Source: a virus
Strand: one strand, 5' to 3'
DNA: 64,000 nt
IMG/VR virus record: IMGVR_UViG_3300023720_000218
The position numbers and the translations under genes were made by a program. A model generated the notes under the pieces. The model had not been told where the DNA came from and did no database searches. It saw only the letters and a program-made list of their open reading frames with translations. Of the stretch, positions 1 to 9,139 are shown one piece after another. Each line of letters opens with the position of its first letter. Position 1 is the first letter of the stretch.

Positions 1-293
1 AACAAGTCATTGATCTTTCCTGCCACGGAAGGTACTTGGAACTGAATATCGGAATCTCCGGCATTAGCAATAGAAGTCCAAGTGGCTCCGGTTGTCAACT
101 TGATCTTGGAAACATCGGCAGCTCCGGTATCAAATGTAACTCCGTCAGAGAGTACCGGCAGTTCCATATCAAAAGCCGCTAAAGTCGCGAGGTCACTATT
201 GACTTGGGACACATAATAAACCTCCTTCATCTGATTGAAGAGTACCTTTAACTCTTCCAGTTTGGTAGTAATAGAAATCTCTGCCATAATCGT
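1..293 (-). CDS. phage structural protein, partial (start ATG at 293-291, runs off the left edge); by position probably the major tail protein
   Basis: Reverse-complement reading gives MAEISITTKLEELKVLFNQMKEVYYVSQ... with no stop before the window edge. It lies downstream (on the minus strand) of four small head-tail connector-size ORFs. Confidence 0.35.
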
Positions 294-310
294 ATCTTTT
301 TAAGTTTGTG

Positions 311-706
311 TCATTTGTTTATTATTAGCTTCGCTTGTATTATTAAGGAATGAAAACCGAGTCCGTTATTTCCTCCGGGAAGTAATCGTGGACTTACAGC
401 TGAAAACAATTCCGTCACTATTGGAAATTTTGAAACCACTTCCATTTGCATTTCATCTAAACGGACTGTATTCTCAATACCGTTTGAACGATCACGCGCA
501 AAAACATTAATCTGACAATAGGTGTCTTGGTAGGTACTTCCTTTGTCTTGGATAGTTTGTGGCAGTCGGATAACAACAAAGTCTTTCATCGCCTTTTGTT
601 CAGCTGCCGGACGATCCGTTATAAAAACCTTTTCACCAATGCCGGTTACTGCATCAGCGATTTGTTTCAATATATCCATACGTCTATAAACTGTCCGTCC
701 CATCAT
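311..706 (-). CDS. hypothetical head-tail joining or tail-completion protein
   Basis: 131-aa ORF in a tightly packed minus-strand run of small ORFs between the capsid gene and the putative tail gene. Assigned by position only. Confidence 0.35.
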   Translation of the reverse strand: MMGRTVYRRMDILKQIADAVTGIGEKVFITDRPAAEQKAMKDFVVIRLPQTIQDKGSTYQDTYCQINVFARDRSNGIENTVRLDEMQMEVVSKFPIVTELFSAVSPRLLPGGNNGLGFHSLIIQAKLIINK

Positions 707-1233
707 TTCATTGGTTTAAAGTTCTTGAATAATGTATTTTGTGCCCTTTGAAATGTTCCGGTCAGAACATCTGCATTCAACACATTCTCCAAATAGGTTG
801 AATATTCAGTACCCGTGCACATTACTATCTCAAATCCTTTACGTGATTCCGACTTATATCTTTTCAAGAAATCAAAGGAGAATGCTTCGCCATAACCTTT
901 ATCAGTTTCTATTGTTCCAGTAAAACGTCTGTTCTGATTATCATAACTGACACCTACAAATGTTTCACCTTTAGTCAGCTTTACTCTCACCGGTTGTTTC
1001 ATTGAATCTCCACTACAAACGAAATAGGAAAATCTACCGTCCATGAATAATCCGCACGCATAACTGGTTATTGTATTACCCGTAAGATTCCGAAAGCCAG
1101 ACTTGTTATCAAGTGCATCTTGGATAAGGTCTTCACAGCATTTAGTCAAGACATCAAAGATATATCCTGAAACAAGCTCCTTTGCCTTCCTCATTCCTTC
1201 ATCAAACAATACTTCATTGCTCCGGTTATCCAT
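703..1233 (-). CDS. hypothetical structural or connector protein
   Basis: 176-aa ORF whose stop overlaps the next ORF, in the morphogenesis operon. Confidence 0.35.
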   Translation of the reverse strand: MDNRSNEVLFDEGMRKAKELVSGYIFDVLTKCCEDLIQDALDNKSGFRNLTGNTITSYACGLFMDGRFSYFVCSGDSMKQPVRVKLTKGETFVGVSYDNQNRRFTGTIETDKGYGEAFSFDFLKRYKSESRKGFEIVMCTGTEYSTYLENVLNADVLTGTFQRAQNTLFKNFKPMK

Positions 1234-1236
1234 GCG

Positions 1237-1566
1237 TTAATTCTTTGCAAGATTGAAATACACAGTTGTTCCCAAATTTCCGGCATAGCTATCAGTAACC
1301 ATACATTGAGTGAAAGTGCCTTGTCTGTCCGTGACATCTATCAAATCACCGGCCAATATTCCTTCAACAATTCCGGGAAGGCTCAACAGATAATCGCTCT
1401 TTATCACATTATCGGTTTTGAATGTCCGCAAATTTGTACTACCTTCCTTTCGGCATATACCTTCATACAAGATCACCTTCTCACCATCACTGAAAGAATC
1501 CTCACCTATAATTCGGTAAACAGTACATTTGTGCGGATGCCGTGGATTATTCACTTTCATACTCAA
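1237..1566 (-). CDS. hypothetical head-tail connector protein
   Basis: 109-aa ORF within the operon. Assigned by position only. Confidence 0.3.
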   Translation of the reverse strand: MSMKVNNPRHPHKCTVYRIIGEDSFSDGEKVILYEGICRKEGSTNLRTFKTDNVIKSDYLLSLPGIVEGILAGDLIDVTDRQGTFTQCMVTDSYAGNLGTTVYFNLAKN

Positions 1567-1937
1567 AAATTGACTATTCTGATTTTACTGCCCTTTACAA
1601 CTTCTTCATCCCATTTCTCATACAGTTCTTTCGCCATTTCACGGAGTTGCCGCTTGTCGTATGCGCTGGTCTGCCAACCACCTTCCTTATGCTTCCATCC
1701 CCCGTCACTGTCTTCGGTATCATTCTTACTGCTTGGAGTGCTTGCACACCACATATAAATATCGGCAGTGGCAAGATCAAGTTGCCTTTCGGTCAGTTCA
1801 CTTACCATTGTTCCAAAAGCGATTTTCCGCTTGACAAGAACCCTTTTGAGGGCGTTATCCGCTATTTCATAAGCGGTTGCGCCACTCAAAAAGTCTTCAA
1901 TGGTCATATCTTCCGTATGAGAAAGTTCCTCACTCAT
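1563..1937 (-). CDS. hypothetical head-tail connector protein
   Basis: 124-aa ORF immediately downstream of the capsid-like gene, with a 4-nt overlap to the next ORF. Confidence 0.3.
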   Translation of the reverse strand: MSEELSHTEDMTIEDFLSGATAYEIADNALKRVLVKRKIAFGTMVSELTERQLDLATADIYMWCASTPSSKNDTEDSDGGWKHKEGGWQTSAYDKRQLREMAKELYEKWDEEVVKGSKIRIVNF

Positions 1938-1956
1938 TCTTGCATGAAGTTAAGAG

Positions 1957-3150
1957 TTACATAGTCACAGTAGAAATGAACATATACTGCGGCATTCTCG
2001 GCACACACATTTGGGCGGCTTCACTTTCAATATAGATTGAATGTGTTTCAGGGTTGGCTCTCTGTGTCAGTTTCAAACGTCCACCGTCATAAGAAGCAAC
2101 CTTGTTTGCCTCATAACCCAAAGTCAAAGGCTCCACACCTTGAATAGTACCGATCTGACCTACCGGTATAAAGGCAATATTGGTGGCCTTGAAGTTCTCC
2201 ACTTGTTCAGTGATAAGATCAGGTTGTCCGTCCGCATCCTTACCGGGCTTGTCAACAAAAGCATAGCTGTCACGTGGCACGATTTCATCTACCTTAACCA
2301 GTTTCTTGAAAATGGCTTTCAGGCGGTCTTCATCTTCATTCTGTGCATTGGCAATAACCGTACTATCATCCGTCACAGTCGGATAGAGGGAATGGCCGAT
2401 ACGTTTAAGAACCGCGGTATGAGTCATTAAATCATCCCACAAGTCCTGCGCCAGCTCCATCCTGATCTTACCCAAATAATGATATTTGCGGCGAATCTCT
2501 TTCACTCTGTTCTTTATATCCATAATCGGATCAGAGGCAGAGCCTTGATTTGCCGGAATATGTTCATCCTTAGTCCACCAACGGCTTGTGCCGGCCAATA
2601 CCTGGTAATGGTTTTCAGGGATATTAAAGTCAATAGTGATACCCTTCAAACCACGTGGGTTGTTATCAGTATCAATAGTGAACTTACCCGTGGAAACAAT
2701 TCTCATTCGCTGGTGAGTAAGCGCATTGTAGTACGATCCGATAAGACCGTCAGCACTTTCATCAAGCAAGCCCAAGAACACATTCTGCATCTCTTCCGTC
2801 AATGCGGACATGCCTACCCGTTGCAACAGCTGTAATTGTTGTCTCACAGTCACACGGTTCAAACGGTAGAACTTCTTTTGAGTCGGGATATTACCCGTCC
2901 TTCCTTCGAGTTCTCCCAATGCAGCTTCATAACCCGGACTTTCCGGATCAACGTAAGCTGGCAGCGTTTTCACGCCGAGGCTCGTAATAAGCTGGGAGAA
3001 AGTATAATCCAACTTGGTTGCTTCAAATTCAAAACCATCAATTTGAAGTAGGTCATACTTCTCCTTGTAACGGTCAATAAATTCTTGCCAAGTGTCCCCA
3101 CCAAGCCCATACTCGATAACCTTGTACAAATCAATAGGAAGTGTATTCAT
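1957..3150 (-). CDS. putative major capsid protein
   Basis: 397-aa ORF directly downstream of a coiled-coil scaffold-like gene. The size and position are typical of HK97-fold major capsid proteins. No motif was verified. Confidence 0.45.
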   Translation of the reverse strand: MNTLPIDLYKVIEYGLGGDTWQEFIDRYKEKYDLLQIDGFEFEATKLDYTFSQLITSLGVKTLPAYVDPESPGYEAALGELEGRTGNIPTQKKFYRLNRVTVRQQLQLLQRVGMSALTEEMQNVFLGLLDESADGLIGSYYNALTHQRMRIVSTGKFTIDTDNNPRGLKGITIDFNIPENHYQVLAGTSRWWTKDEHIPANQGSASDPIMDIKNRVKEIRRKYHYLGKIRMELAQDLWDDLMTHTAVLKRIGHSLYPTVTDDSTVIANAQNEDEDRLKAIFKKLVKVDEIVPRDSYAFVDKPGKDADGQPDLITEQVENFKATNIAFIPVGQIGTIQGVEPLTLGYEANKVASYDGGRLKLTQRANPETHSIYIESEAAQMCVPRMPQYMFISTVTM

Positions 3151-3187
3151 ACAATTGTCGTGTTTTAAATGTTATTTTCAAATTCTT

Positions 3188-3595
3188 TTACTGCACCCAT
3201 ACAATTTGAGGAAGTGTAGTAATCTTTTGCAGGATAGCGACCACTTCTTCGTCAAACATGTACTGATAAATCTCTCCGGCATAGACTACTGTCCCACTGG
3301 CCTTTGTGTTACCACTGGCTACAAGAATATCTTCTTGCAAATAACCATTAATGCCAAGAGTGGTAATATCTGATTCAGCCGCCTTGATCTGTGCGTCCGT
3401 GTAAGCGGTGAATGTCTTACCTGAAAGATCAAACTTCACAGCTGTACCGGCAGGAATTTTGCCAACTGCAACCCAATCGGAAATGTTGCTCACCATACCA
3501 CCGCCTGGATAACGGTGACGGATTTCACGCCACACTTTACGGGCATGTCCGTATTTCACGGTGTTCACATCAAACGTGTTACCCATTGTTCCCAT
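3188..3595 (-). CDS. hypothetical head protein (decoration or minor capsid?)
   Basis: 135-aa ORF between the scaffold and capsid genes. Confidence 0.3.
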   Translation of the reverse strand: MGTMGNTFDVNTVKYGHARKVWREIRHRYPGGGMVSNISDWVAVGKIPAGTAVKFDLSGKTFTAYTDAQIKAAESDITTLGINGYLQEDILVASGNTKASGTVVYAGEIYQYMFDEEVVAILQKITTLPQIVWVQ

Positions 3596-3622
3596 ACATT
3601 TACTGTTTTAGAGTTAATAATT

Positions 3623-4246
3623 TCAATTCTTCTTCCAGCCTTCCTTCTTGCCTTTACGTTCAAAGTATCTGCTGGCTGCATTGTGTTGTGTTCCACCTGA
3701 ACCGTCAGAAGTTCTTGGGGCGGTGCCATAACCCCTGCACGCCTTATATTCTGCATCATATTTTGGCAGAAATTCAGTAACCAGTTCATCCACAGTTTTC
3801 TTGGTATCGAAAATTACTCCCTGCAAAGTCTTGCCCAATACGTAATCATCATTAGCTTGCTTGGCTTTCATTGCAGCCGTAACCTTCTTTAGCAGGTCAG
3901 CTTGAACCTTTTTGCTGTCTTCTGCATCTAAACGTGCTTCCAGTTCTTTCAGTTTCTTCTCCAGTTCATCATCGTTTTTCGGTGGTGCCGGTGGAGTTGG
4001 AGGTGTCGGGGGAGTCGGTTGGGGCTTATAGTTTTTCTTAAAGTCCTCAACTTTGGTTGCGACATCATGGTTGTACTGTCCTTGCATCTCTTTCAGAAAA
4101 TCCACAGCCTTGTTCCAATAAGCCTCGTCAGGCTCCGAACCTTCGGCCACGGGATTAAGTTCTACATACTTCTGTAATGTCTGCGGTGAAAAACTGGTTT
4201 CTCCAAGTTTCTCGCTTAATGTGGATAAGATTTTTTCTTGTTCCAT
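3623..4246 (-). CDS. putative scaffolding protein
   Basis: Lys/Glu-rich predicted coiled coil (…ELEKKLKELEARLDAEDSKK…) with a PTPPTPPTPPAPP linker, located just upstream of the capsid gene. The start is taken as MEQEK (ATG at 4246-4244) rather than the upstream in-frame ATG. Confidence 0.4.
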   Translation of the reverse strand: MEQEKILSTLSEKLGETSFSPQTLQKYVELNPVAEGSEPDEAYWNKAVDFLKEMQGQYNHDVATKVEDFKKNYKPQPTPPTPPTPPAPPKNDDELEKKLKELEARLDAEDSKKVQADLLKKVTAAMKAKQANDDYVLGKTLQGVIFDTKKTVDELVTEFLPKYDAEYKACRGYGTAPRTSDGSGGTQHNAASRYFERKGKKEGWKKN

Positions 4247-4339
4247 CGTGTTTATTTTGTGTTTATGTTGAATAAAAAAAGAGTCAGACAATGCTTTTTG
4301 CATCAATCTGACTCTTTGGTCTTATTTTCCATTTAATAG

Positions 4340-4421
4340 TGGGCAGTATTGGACTCGAACCAATGAAGACGAAAGCCAATAGATTTACAGTCTATCCCGT
4401 TTGCCACTTCGGTAACTACCC
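4340..4421 (-). tRNA. tRNA-Tyr (anticodon GTA), type II with long variable arm
   Basis: RC gives GGGTAGT…GACTGTAAATC…GGTTCGAGTCC…ACTGCCCA. There is a 7-bp acceptor stem, an anticodon loop CTGTAAA and a T-arm ATTGG/TTCGAGT/CCAAT. Confidence 0.75.
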
Positions 4422-4427
4422 GTTTTG

Positions 4428-4512
4428 CGGAAGCAGAAGGATTCAAACCTCCGAAGCCTTTCAGCTTGCCTCTTTAGCAAAGAGGTGGTATCGTTCACTC
4501 ACCCATACTTCC
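4428..4512 (-). tRNA. tRNA-Ser (anticodon GCT), type II
   Basis: RC gives GGAAGTA…CCTCT TTGCTAA AGAGG…GGTTTGAATCC…TGCTTCCG. It has a long variable arm and a perfect acceptor stem. Confidence 0.75.
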
Positions 4513-4585
4513 AATATGCGACCTACAAGATGTCTCGGTGAAACCACCGCATTTCCCTTGTATTTCGGACGTTATTCATTCTGTG

Positions 4586-4657
4586 TAGCGTATCAGAGAA
4601 TCGAACTCTGGTTTCCACCGTGAAAAGGTGACGACCTAACCGTTAGTCGAATACGCC
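4586..4657 (-). tRNA. tRNA-Glu (anticodon TTC)
   Basis: RC gives GGCGTAT…TCACC TTTTCAC GGTGG…CAGAG TTCGATT CTCTG ATACGCT A. The 5' end is uncertain by ±1 nt (G1-U72 wobble). Confidence 0.6.
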
Positions 4658-4662
4658 ATTTG

Positions 4663-4733
4663 TTGAGATACAAGGATTTGAACCTTGAATAGCAGAACCA
4701 AAATCTGCTGTGTTGCCATTACACCATATCTCA
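4663..4733 (-). tRNA. tRNA-Gln (anticodon TTG)
   Basis: RC gives TGAGATA…GCAGA TTTTGGT TCTGC…CAAGG TTCAAAT CCTTG TATCTCA A. The U1-A72 pair is typical of tRNA-Gln. Confidence 0.7.
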
Positions 4734-4738
4734 ATATG

Positions 4739-4811
4739 CGCGAAGAGAAGGACTCGAACCCCCGACAATCAGGTTTGGAATCTGACGTTCTTCCAACTGA
4801 ACTATCTCCGC
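4739..4811 (-). tRNA. tRNA-Trp (anticodon CCA)
   Basis: RC gives GCGGAGA TA GTTC AGTTGGAA GAAC G TCAGA TTCCAAA CCTGA…GGGGG TTCGAGT CCTTC TCTTCGC G. Confidence 0.65.
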
Positions 4812-4818
4812 TTCATTG

Positions 4819-4891
4819 CGCCCGGTGATAGAATCGAACTACCGACCTTTACATTAACAGTGTATTGCTCTACCAATTGAGCTAACCGGAC
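4819..4891 (-). tRNA. tRNA-Asn (anticodon GTT)
   Basis: RC gives GTCCGGT TA GCTC AATTGGTA GAGC A ATACA CTGTTAA TGTAA AGGTC GGTAG TTCGATT CTATC ACCGGGC G. Confidence 0.75.
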
Positions 4892-4897
4892 AATATA

Positions 4898-4965
4898 CCT
4901 ATACTCACCTAACCTGCGATACCCCATTTCAGCGTACCTGTGGGAATTGAACCACACCGTATAGG
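4898..4965. other. tRNA-like element with a perfect 7-bp terminal stem (CCTATAC/GTATAGG) and a T-arm-like hairpin; probably a degenerate pseudo-tRNA
   Basis: The hairpin TGTGG-GAATTGAA-CCACA (read on the minus strand as TTCAATTC) sits at the wrong end for a minus-strand tRNA. No consistent D-arm or anticodon arm could be folded in either orientation. Confidence 0.2.
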
Positions 4966-4970
4966 TTTTG

Positions 4971-5043
4971 TGGAAAGAGATGAAATCGAATCACCTTAAC
5001 CGGATTTTCAGTCCGGCGCATACACCACGTCTGCCATCTTTCC
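4971..5043 (-). tRNA. tRNA-Phe (anticodon GAA), atypical 3-bp D-stem
   Basis: RC gives GGAAAGA…CCGGA CTGAAAA TCCGG TTAA GGTGA TTCGATT TCATC TCTTTCC A. It has a perfect acceptor stem and a canonical T-arm. No CCA is encoded. Confidence 0.6.
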
Positions 5044-5108
5044 ATATTCTCCCTTTATCCCCATACGCCACATCGAAGGGAGAAACAATGCGGCAACTCC
5101 AACTATTG

Positions 5109-5181
5109 TTGCGGAGATTCGACTCGAACGAATGACCTTTGGGCTATGATCCCAACGAGCTACCAGCTGCTCCACTCCGCG
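5109..5181 (-). tRNA. initiator tRNA-fMet (anticodon CAT)
   Basis: RC gives CGCGGAG TG GAGC AGCTGGTA GCTC G TTGGG ATCATAG CCCAA AGGTC ATTCG TTCGAGT CGAAT CTCCGCA A. The C1·A72 mismatch and the three consecutive G-C pairs closing the anticodon stem are bacterial initiator hallmarks. Confidence 0.7.
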
Positions 5182-5196
5182 ATATTATCCTGAAAA

Positions 5197-5379
5197 CTAC
5201 TTTGTACCCACAATATCCACATTTATGTAGTTCTTGCATCTACGACACTTCACTCTCAATATAACAACACCATTGACATAGCTTATATCAGTTAGTTTCT
5301 GACCGCATATCGGACATAAAACTATCTTGTTGTATATTTCCCTTTGATCTGCATCTTTATCCGCACTAATTTTTATCAT
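5197..5379 (-). CDS. small zinc-ribbon protein (Mu Com-like)
   Basis: 60-aa ORF with CPICGQK…CRRCKN, i.e. a CxxC-x(~25)-CxxC spacing. The size and spacing resemble the Mu Com translational activator. Confidence 0.35.
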   Translation of the reverse strand: MIKISADKDADQREIYNKIVLCPICGQKLTDISYVNGVVILRVKCRRCKNYINVDIVGTK

Positions 5380-5559
5380 ACTCCATGTTTTCGTTGCAAA
5401 TATATGTACTGGATTTCTTTTCTCAAAACATTTTTGATATTATTTTCTATTAAAATGTAGAAAATAATACTCTTTATGCGTATTTTTGTACTGCAATATT
5501 AGAATCAGAGCTTATAGGCCGGTCTCCACATGTGTAATGTGAGGATCGGTTTTCTTTTT

Positions 5560-7164
5560 ATGGAGAAATATAGTGGAATAAAAACGGTTAATGCCAGTTT
5601 GGTGCTTGATTATGAATATATCCAAATGTTAAGGGACGCGGATAGGAAAATTCCTAATCCGAATAAGATAATCGCACAAGGTGGAGGGCAGGAAAACATG
5701 CTCTCCACCCCGGCTGATATTACCATCTGTGGGGGATGCCGTGGAGGAAGTAAAACTTTTACTCTTCTTATGGAAACATTGAAAGATATAAAAAATAAAA
5801 ACTTCCGTTCTGTGCTTCTCCGGCATGAGATAGACGATCTCTCTGATATGGTAGAAACATCATCCACCTTATATGATGATTTTGGGGAATACAACAAGTC
5901 CAAAAACGACATGCGCTGGAATTTCTATAAAGGTGGATTTTTAAAATTCAGCTATCACGCTGACACACTTGACGATTTCAAAAAGCGTTTTCAAGGTAAA
6001 CAGTTCGCATATATAGGTGTGGATGAAATAACCCACATGGAATATCTCAAATTCAAATACCTTATCACTTGTAACCGTAACGCCTTTCATATCCGTAACC
6101 GCTTTATCGGAACATGTAACCCTGATCCTGACAGCTGGGTTGCAAAATTCATTGACTGGTGGATCGGAGAAGATGGTCTTCCAATCCCGGAACGTGATGG
6201 CAGAGTCCGGTATTGTTTTATGGACGGGGACAATGTTTCAGGTATATATTGGGGAGATACCCGTGAGGAAGTATATGAGCAATGCAAGGATATTATACAC
6301 GCCTACTGGAAGCCGGAGTATGAGCAATATGGCACACCACAAGAACTGTTTATCAAGTCGGTTACTTTTATTGAAGCAAAACTTTCCGATAATGTAAAAC
6401 TGATGTCTTCTGATCCGACCTATTTGGCTAACCTTGTCAACCAGTCAGATGAACAACGCGCACGCGATCTTGACGGTAACTGGAAATACAAAGCTGCCGG
6501 AGATGATATAATAAAGCTGACTCACATGGAAGCCTTATACCGCAATTCCATGCAGATAGGTGATGGAATACGCCGGGTATCATGTGATGCGGCATTTGAG
6601 GGTGGCGACAGTCTTGTCATGTGGCTGTGGGAAGGATGGCATATAAGAGACATATTTGTTTGCAAACTTGACAGCAAGAAAACAGTCGATACCGTAAAAG
6701 CGATGCTGGAAGAATGGCATGTAAGAGAAGAATGCTTCACCTATGACCTTAACGGACTCGGACAAATATTCAAAGGCTTTTTCCCGAATGCAATCCCATT
6801 CAACAACAAAGAAGCCGTGGAAGAGAAATTCAAATACATCTATGCGAATTTAAAATCACAAGCGGCATATCTGTTCGCACAAAAAATTATCAACCGGGAG
6901 ATTTCCATTGAACCGACTCTTCTTGAACGCAAGTTCTCCGGCAAAGGGTTTGAGAAAGTTCCCCTTAGACAGATTCTCGACAAGGAAAGGAAAGCGATAC
7001 GAAAGGATGAAGACAGTGAAGAGAAAGGCTGGACTATTATCAAGAAGATTATAATGAAAAAATTAGTAGGTCATTCTCCCGACTTCATAGAAGCATTGCT
7101 TATGCGAATGATTTTTGAAATTAAACATAAACGCAAACATATAAAAGGTTTAGGATTAATATGA
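5560..7164 (+). CDS. terL: terminase large subunit (PBSX/Terminase_6-like)
   Basis: N-terminal Walker A (ICGGCRGGSKTFTLL) and Walker B (IGVDEITHM), about 530 aa, directly followed by the portal gene. Start chosen at MEKYSG (ATG at 5560). Confidence 0.8.
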   Translation: MEKYSGIKTVNASLVLDYEYIQMLRDADRKIPNPNKIIAQGGGQENMLSTPADITICGGCRGGSKTFTLLMETLKDIKNKNFRSVLLRHEIDDLSDMVETSSTLYDDFGEYNKSKNDMRWNFYKGGFLKFSYHADTLDDFKKRFQGKQFAYIGVDEITHMEYLKFKYLITCNRNAFHIRNRFIGTCNPDPDSWVAKFIDWWIGEDGLPIPERDGRVRYCFMDGDNVSGIYWGDTREEVYEQCKDIIHAYWKPEYEQYGTPQELFIKSVTFIEAKLSDNVKLMSSDPTYLANLVNQSDEQRARDLDGNWKYKAAGDDIIKLTHMEALYRNSMQIGDGIRRVSCDAAFEGGDSLVMWLWEGWHIRDIFVCKLDSKKTVDTVKAMLEEWHVREECFTYDLNGLGQIFKGFFPNAIPFNNKEAVEEKFKYIYANLKSQAAYLFAQKIINREISIEPTLLERKFSGKGFEKVPLRQILDKERKAIRKDEDSEEKGWTIIKKIIMKKLVGHSPDFIEALLMRMIFEIKHKRKHIKGLGLI

Positions 7165-8657
7165 TAGCAGAGATTCTTACAAAAAAGCCTTTTGCAAGGG
7201 TTACTCCCGAAGGTTACTTGCAAGGCAGGATTACGAGCGATTTAAGAAACGCATCGTTCACAAACAACAGTGATAGGCTGACATGGCAGCTCATTTCGCA
7301 GGCTGATTTTATCCGTGAGTTTTATCCTTCAGGGCACAAGATCAATTCGGAATTGTTTTACCCGGACAGACTGAAATATGACGAAGAGAAGAAACGGTTC
7401 TTCCGGGAGAAAGTATTCCGTGCTTCTTTTCCCTTTCAGATGATAATCACTATCCAACAACTTGTACATCTATGTGGCAATGACATTCATCATGAGCTGA
7501 CCGATACCAAAGTTGATGAAAGTTCACGGGAAATATTTCTCGAATTTCAAAAAGGATGGCTGGATAAAAATATGGAGATTGCATTTTACGAATATGCCAA
7601 AAGTGTAAAAATAACGGGAGATGCAGCAATCGTATTCTATATGAATGAAGGTAAGGTATTCACCAAGAATCTTTCCTATTTTGATGGTGACACTCTTTAT
7701 CCTCACTACGACTCCATAACCGGTCAAATGACACTGTTTGCCCGACGATACAGTGACTATGACGAAGAGGGAAAGGAACTCATTTCTTGGGTAGAAGTGT
7801 GGGACAATAAAAAAATGTACCGTTACCGTCAGGATAAAGGGGGAATAGTCGGAGCAATAAACAAATTGAAACAGTATTTCGGTATTGAAGGATATACATT
7901 AGTGGAAGAACACGATCATGGATTTGCCGAATGTCCGGTTGTATATTATCGGGACAAACACGGTGCCTGCTGGAGCTTTTCACAAGATAATATCGACAAG
8001 TACGAACTGGCTATTTCCCATTTGTGTCAAAACAATATGGCATACGCATTTCCGATCATGTTACTTAAAGGTGAAGATGTTGAGATTCAAGGAGATATGT
8101 ATGGTGCGGTAAAAGCTATCACTATGGGGAAGGATGATGATGCAGGCTTTATGAATCGTCCCGAAGCATCACAATCATTTGAACTTCAAATTAATACATT
8201 ACTTAAAATGATTTTTATGGGGAGTTTTGTTGTCATGCCTCCCGAAGTAAAGTCAGGAGATTTGCCGGGTGTGGCTATCAAGCTGATATATTCACCATCT
8301 TTGGAAAAAGCCATGATTGACTGCAAGGAATTTGACGAATCAATAGACAAAATGAAACGGCTGTTCCTGCACGGATATGGAACTGAAAAAGGCCAACTTA
8401 CCAAATTCCTCAATTTGAAGATTTTTTCGTGGGCAGTTCCATACGTCCACCAAAATGCAGCAGAATTGGTATCGAACTTGGTACAATTAGTCGGTGCCGG
8501 TATTTTATCAAAAGAAACCGGCTCGGAAGAATCCGGCTATGGGAAAAACAATGAATGGGATCGTATCATGCGTGAATATAAGGAACAGCAACAAGCTGAC
8601 TTGCTATATCAACTGAAAATCAAGAAAAATGAAAATAAAGAGGGTAATGCAAAATGA
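7161..8657 (+). CDS. portal protein
   Basis: 498-aa ORF with an ATGA overlap to the terL stop. The size and position are typical of an SPP1-type portal. No motif was verified. Confidence 0.55.
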   Translation: MIAEILTKKPFARVTPEGYLQGRITSDLRNASFTNNSDRLTWQLISQADFIREFYPSGHKINSELFYPDRLKYDEEKKRFFREKVFRASFPFQMIITIQQLVHLCGNDIHHELTDTKVDESSREIFLEFQKGWLDKNMEIAFYEYAKSVKITGDAAIVFYMNEGKVFTKNLSYFDGDTLYPHYDSITGQMTLFARRYSDYDEEGKELISWVEVWDNKKMYRYRQDKGGIVGAINKLKQYFGIEGYTLVEEHDHGFAECPVVYYRDKHGACWSFSQDNIDKYELAISHLCQNNMAYAFPIMLLKGEDVEIQGDMYGAVKAITMGKDDDAGFMNRPEASQSFELQINTLLKMIFMGSFVVMPPEVKSGDLPGVAIKLIYSPSLEKAMIDCKEFDESIDKMKRLFLHGYGTEKGQLTKFLNLKIFSWAVPYVHQNAAELVSNLVQLVGAGILSKETGSEESGYGKNNEWDRIMREYKEQQQADLLYQLKIKKNENKEGNAK

Positions 8658-8737
8658 TCTGTACCAAAACGCGGAGCGCGAAAGCAATCCCGTACTCCGC
8701 GCTCCGAATCCAATGTAACTATACATCGGAAAAATCC

Positions 8738-8777
8738 GCCTCTGCCTACATAAAATAGACAGAGGCTTTACTTTTTC
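8738..8777. terminator. bidirectional rho-independent terminator
   Basis: The hairpin GCCTCTG-N15-CAGAGGC is flanked by a T-run (TTTACTTTTTC) on the plus strand and an A-run read as a U-run on the minus strand. It sits between the convergent portal and 8856..9110 genes. Confidence 0.45.
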
Positions 8778-8855
8778 AACAACTTGGTTGATAAGCTTGT
8801 GTTATAACAAGTCAACTTCTACATTGCAAATGTAATAAATAAATTGAATATGGCA

Positions 8856-9110
8856 CTACTTTCGATACAATTTTTTATTATAAGGCTTTCGAGGATATTT
8901 CCGGTTAAGCTTCTTTTGCAGATCATCATTGATACTTTCATTCAGAAGGATTTTAGAGTTTAGCACCCGGACTTCTCCAGTAAGTTCCATAATAGTTTTG
9001 GATTGTGTCGCATTTTGTTTTGAAAGTTCAACATTGGCAATAGCCAGTTTGCTGCATTCTGATGCAAGATGATTGAGTTTCTTTGTGCTGATTAATGATA
9101 GTCCAAACAT
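8856..9110 (-). CDS. hypothetical coiled-coil protein
   Basis: 84-aa ORF downstream of the head-morphogenesis gene. Confidence 0.3.
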   Translation of the reverse strand: MFGLSLISTKKLNHLASECSKLAIANVELSKQNATQSKTIMELTGEVRVLNSKILLNESINDDLQKKLNRKYPRKPYNKKLYRK

Positions 9111-9139
9111 AATATTCTGATATTTAGCATGTTAAATAA

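Noticed and set aside
1563-1964. Overlapping plus-strand ORFs 1306..1758 and 1542..1964 from the track
   Set aside because: Antisense to the well-packed minus-strand connector genes. Their low-complexity hydrophobic translations are typical of shadow ORFs.
4339-4623. 94-aa plus-strand ORF from the six-frame track
   Set aside because: Lies entirely across the minus-strand tRNA-Tyr, tRNA-Ser and tRNA-Glu genes, so it is a spurious open frame.
8683-8725. GC-rich inverted repeat (GCGGAGCGCG…CGCGCTCCG) after the portal gene
   Set aside because: 17-nt loop and no U-tract on the plus strand. The adjacent hairpin at 8738-8777 is a much better terminator.
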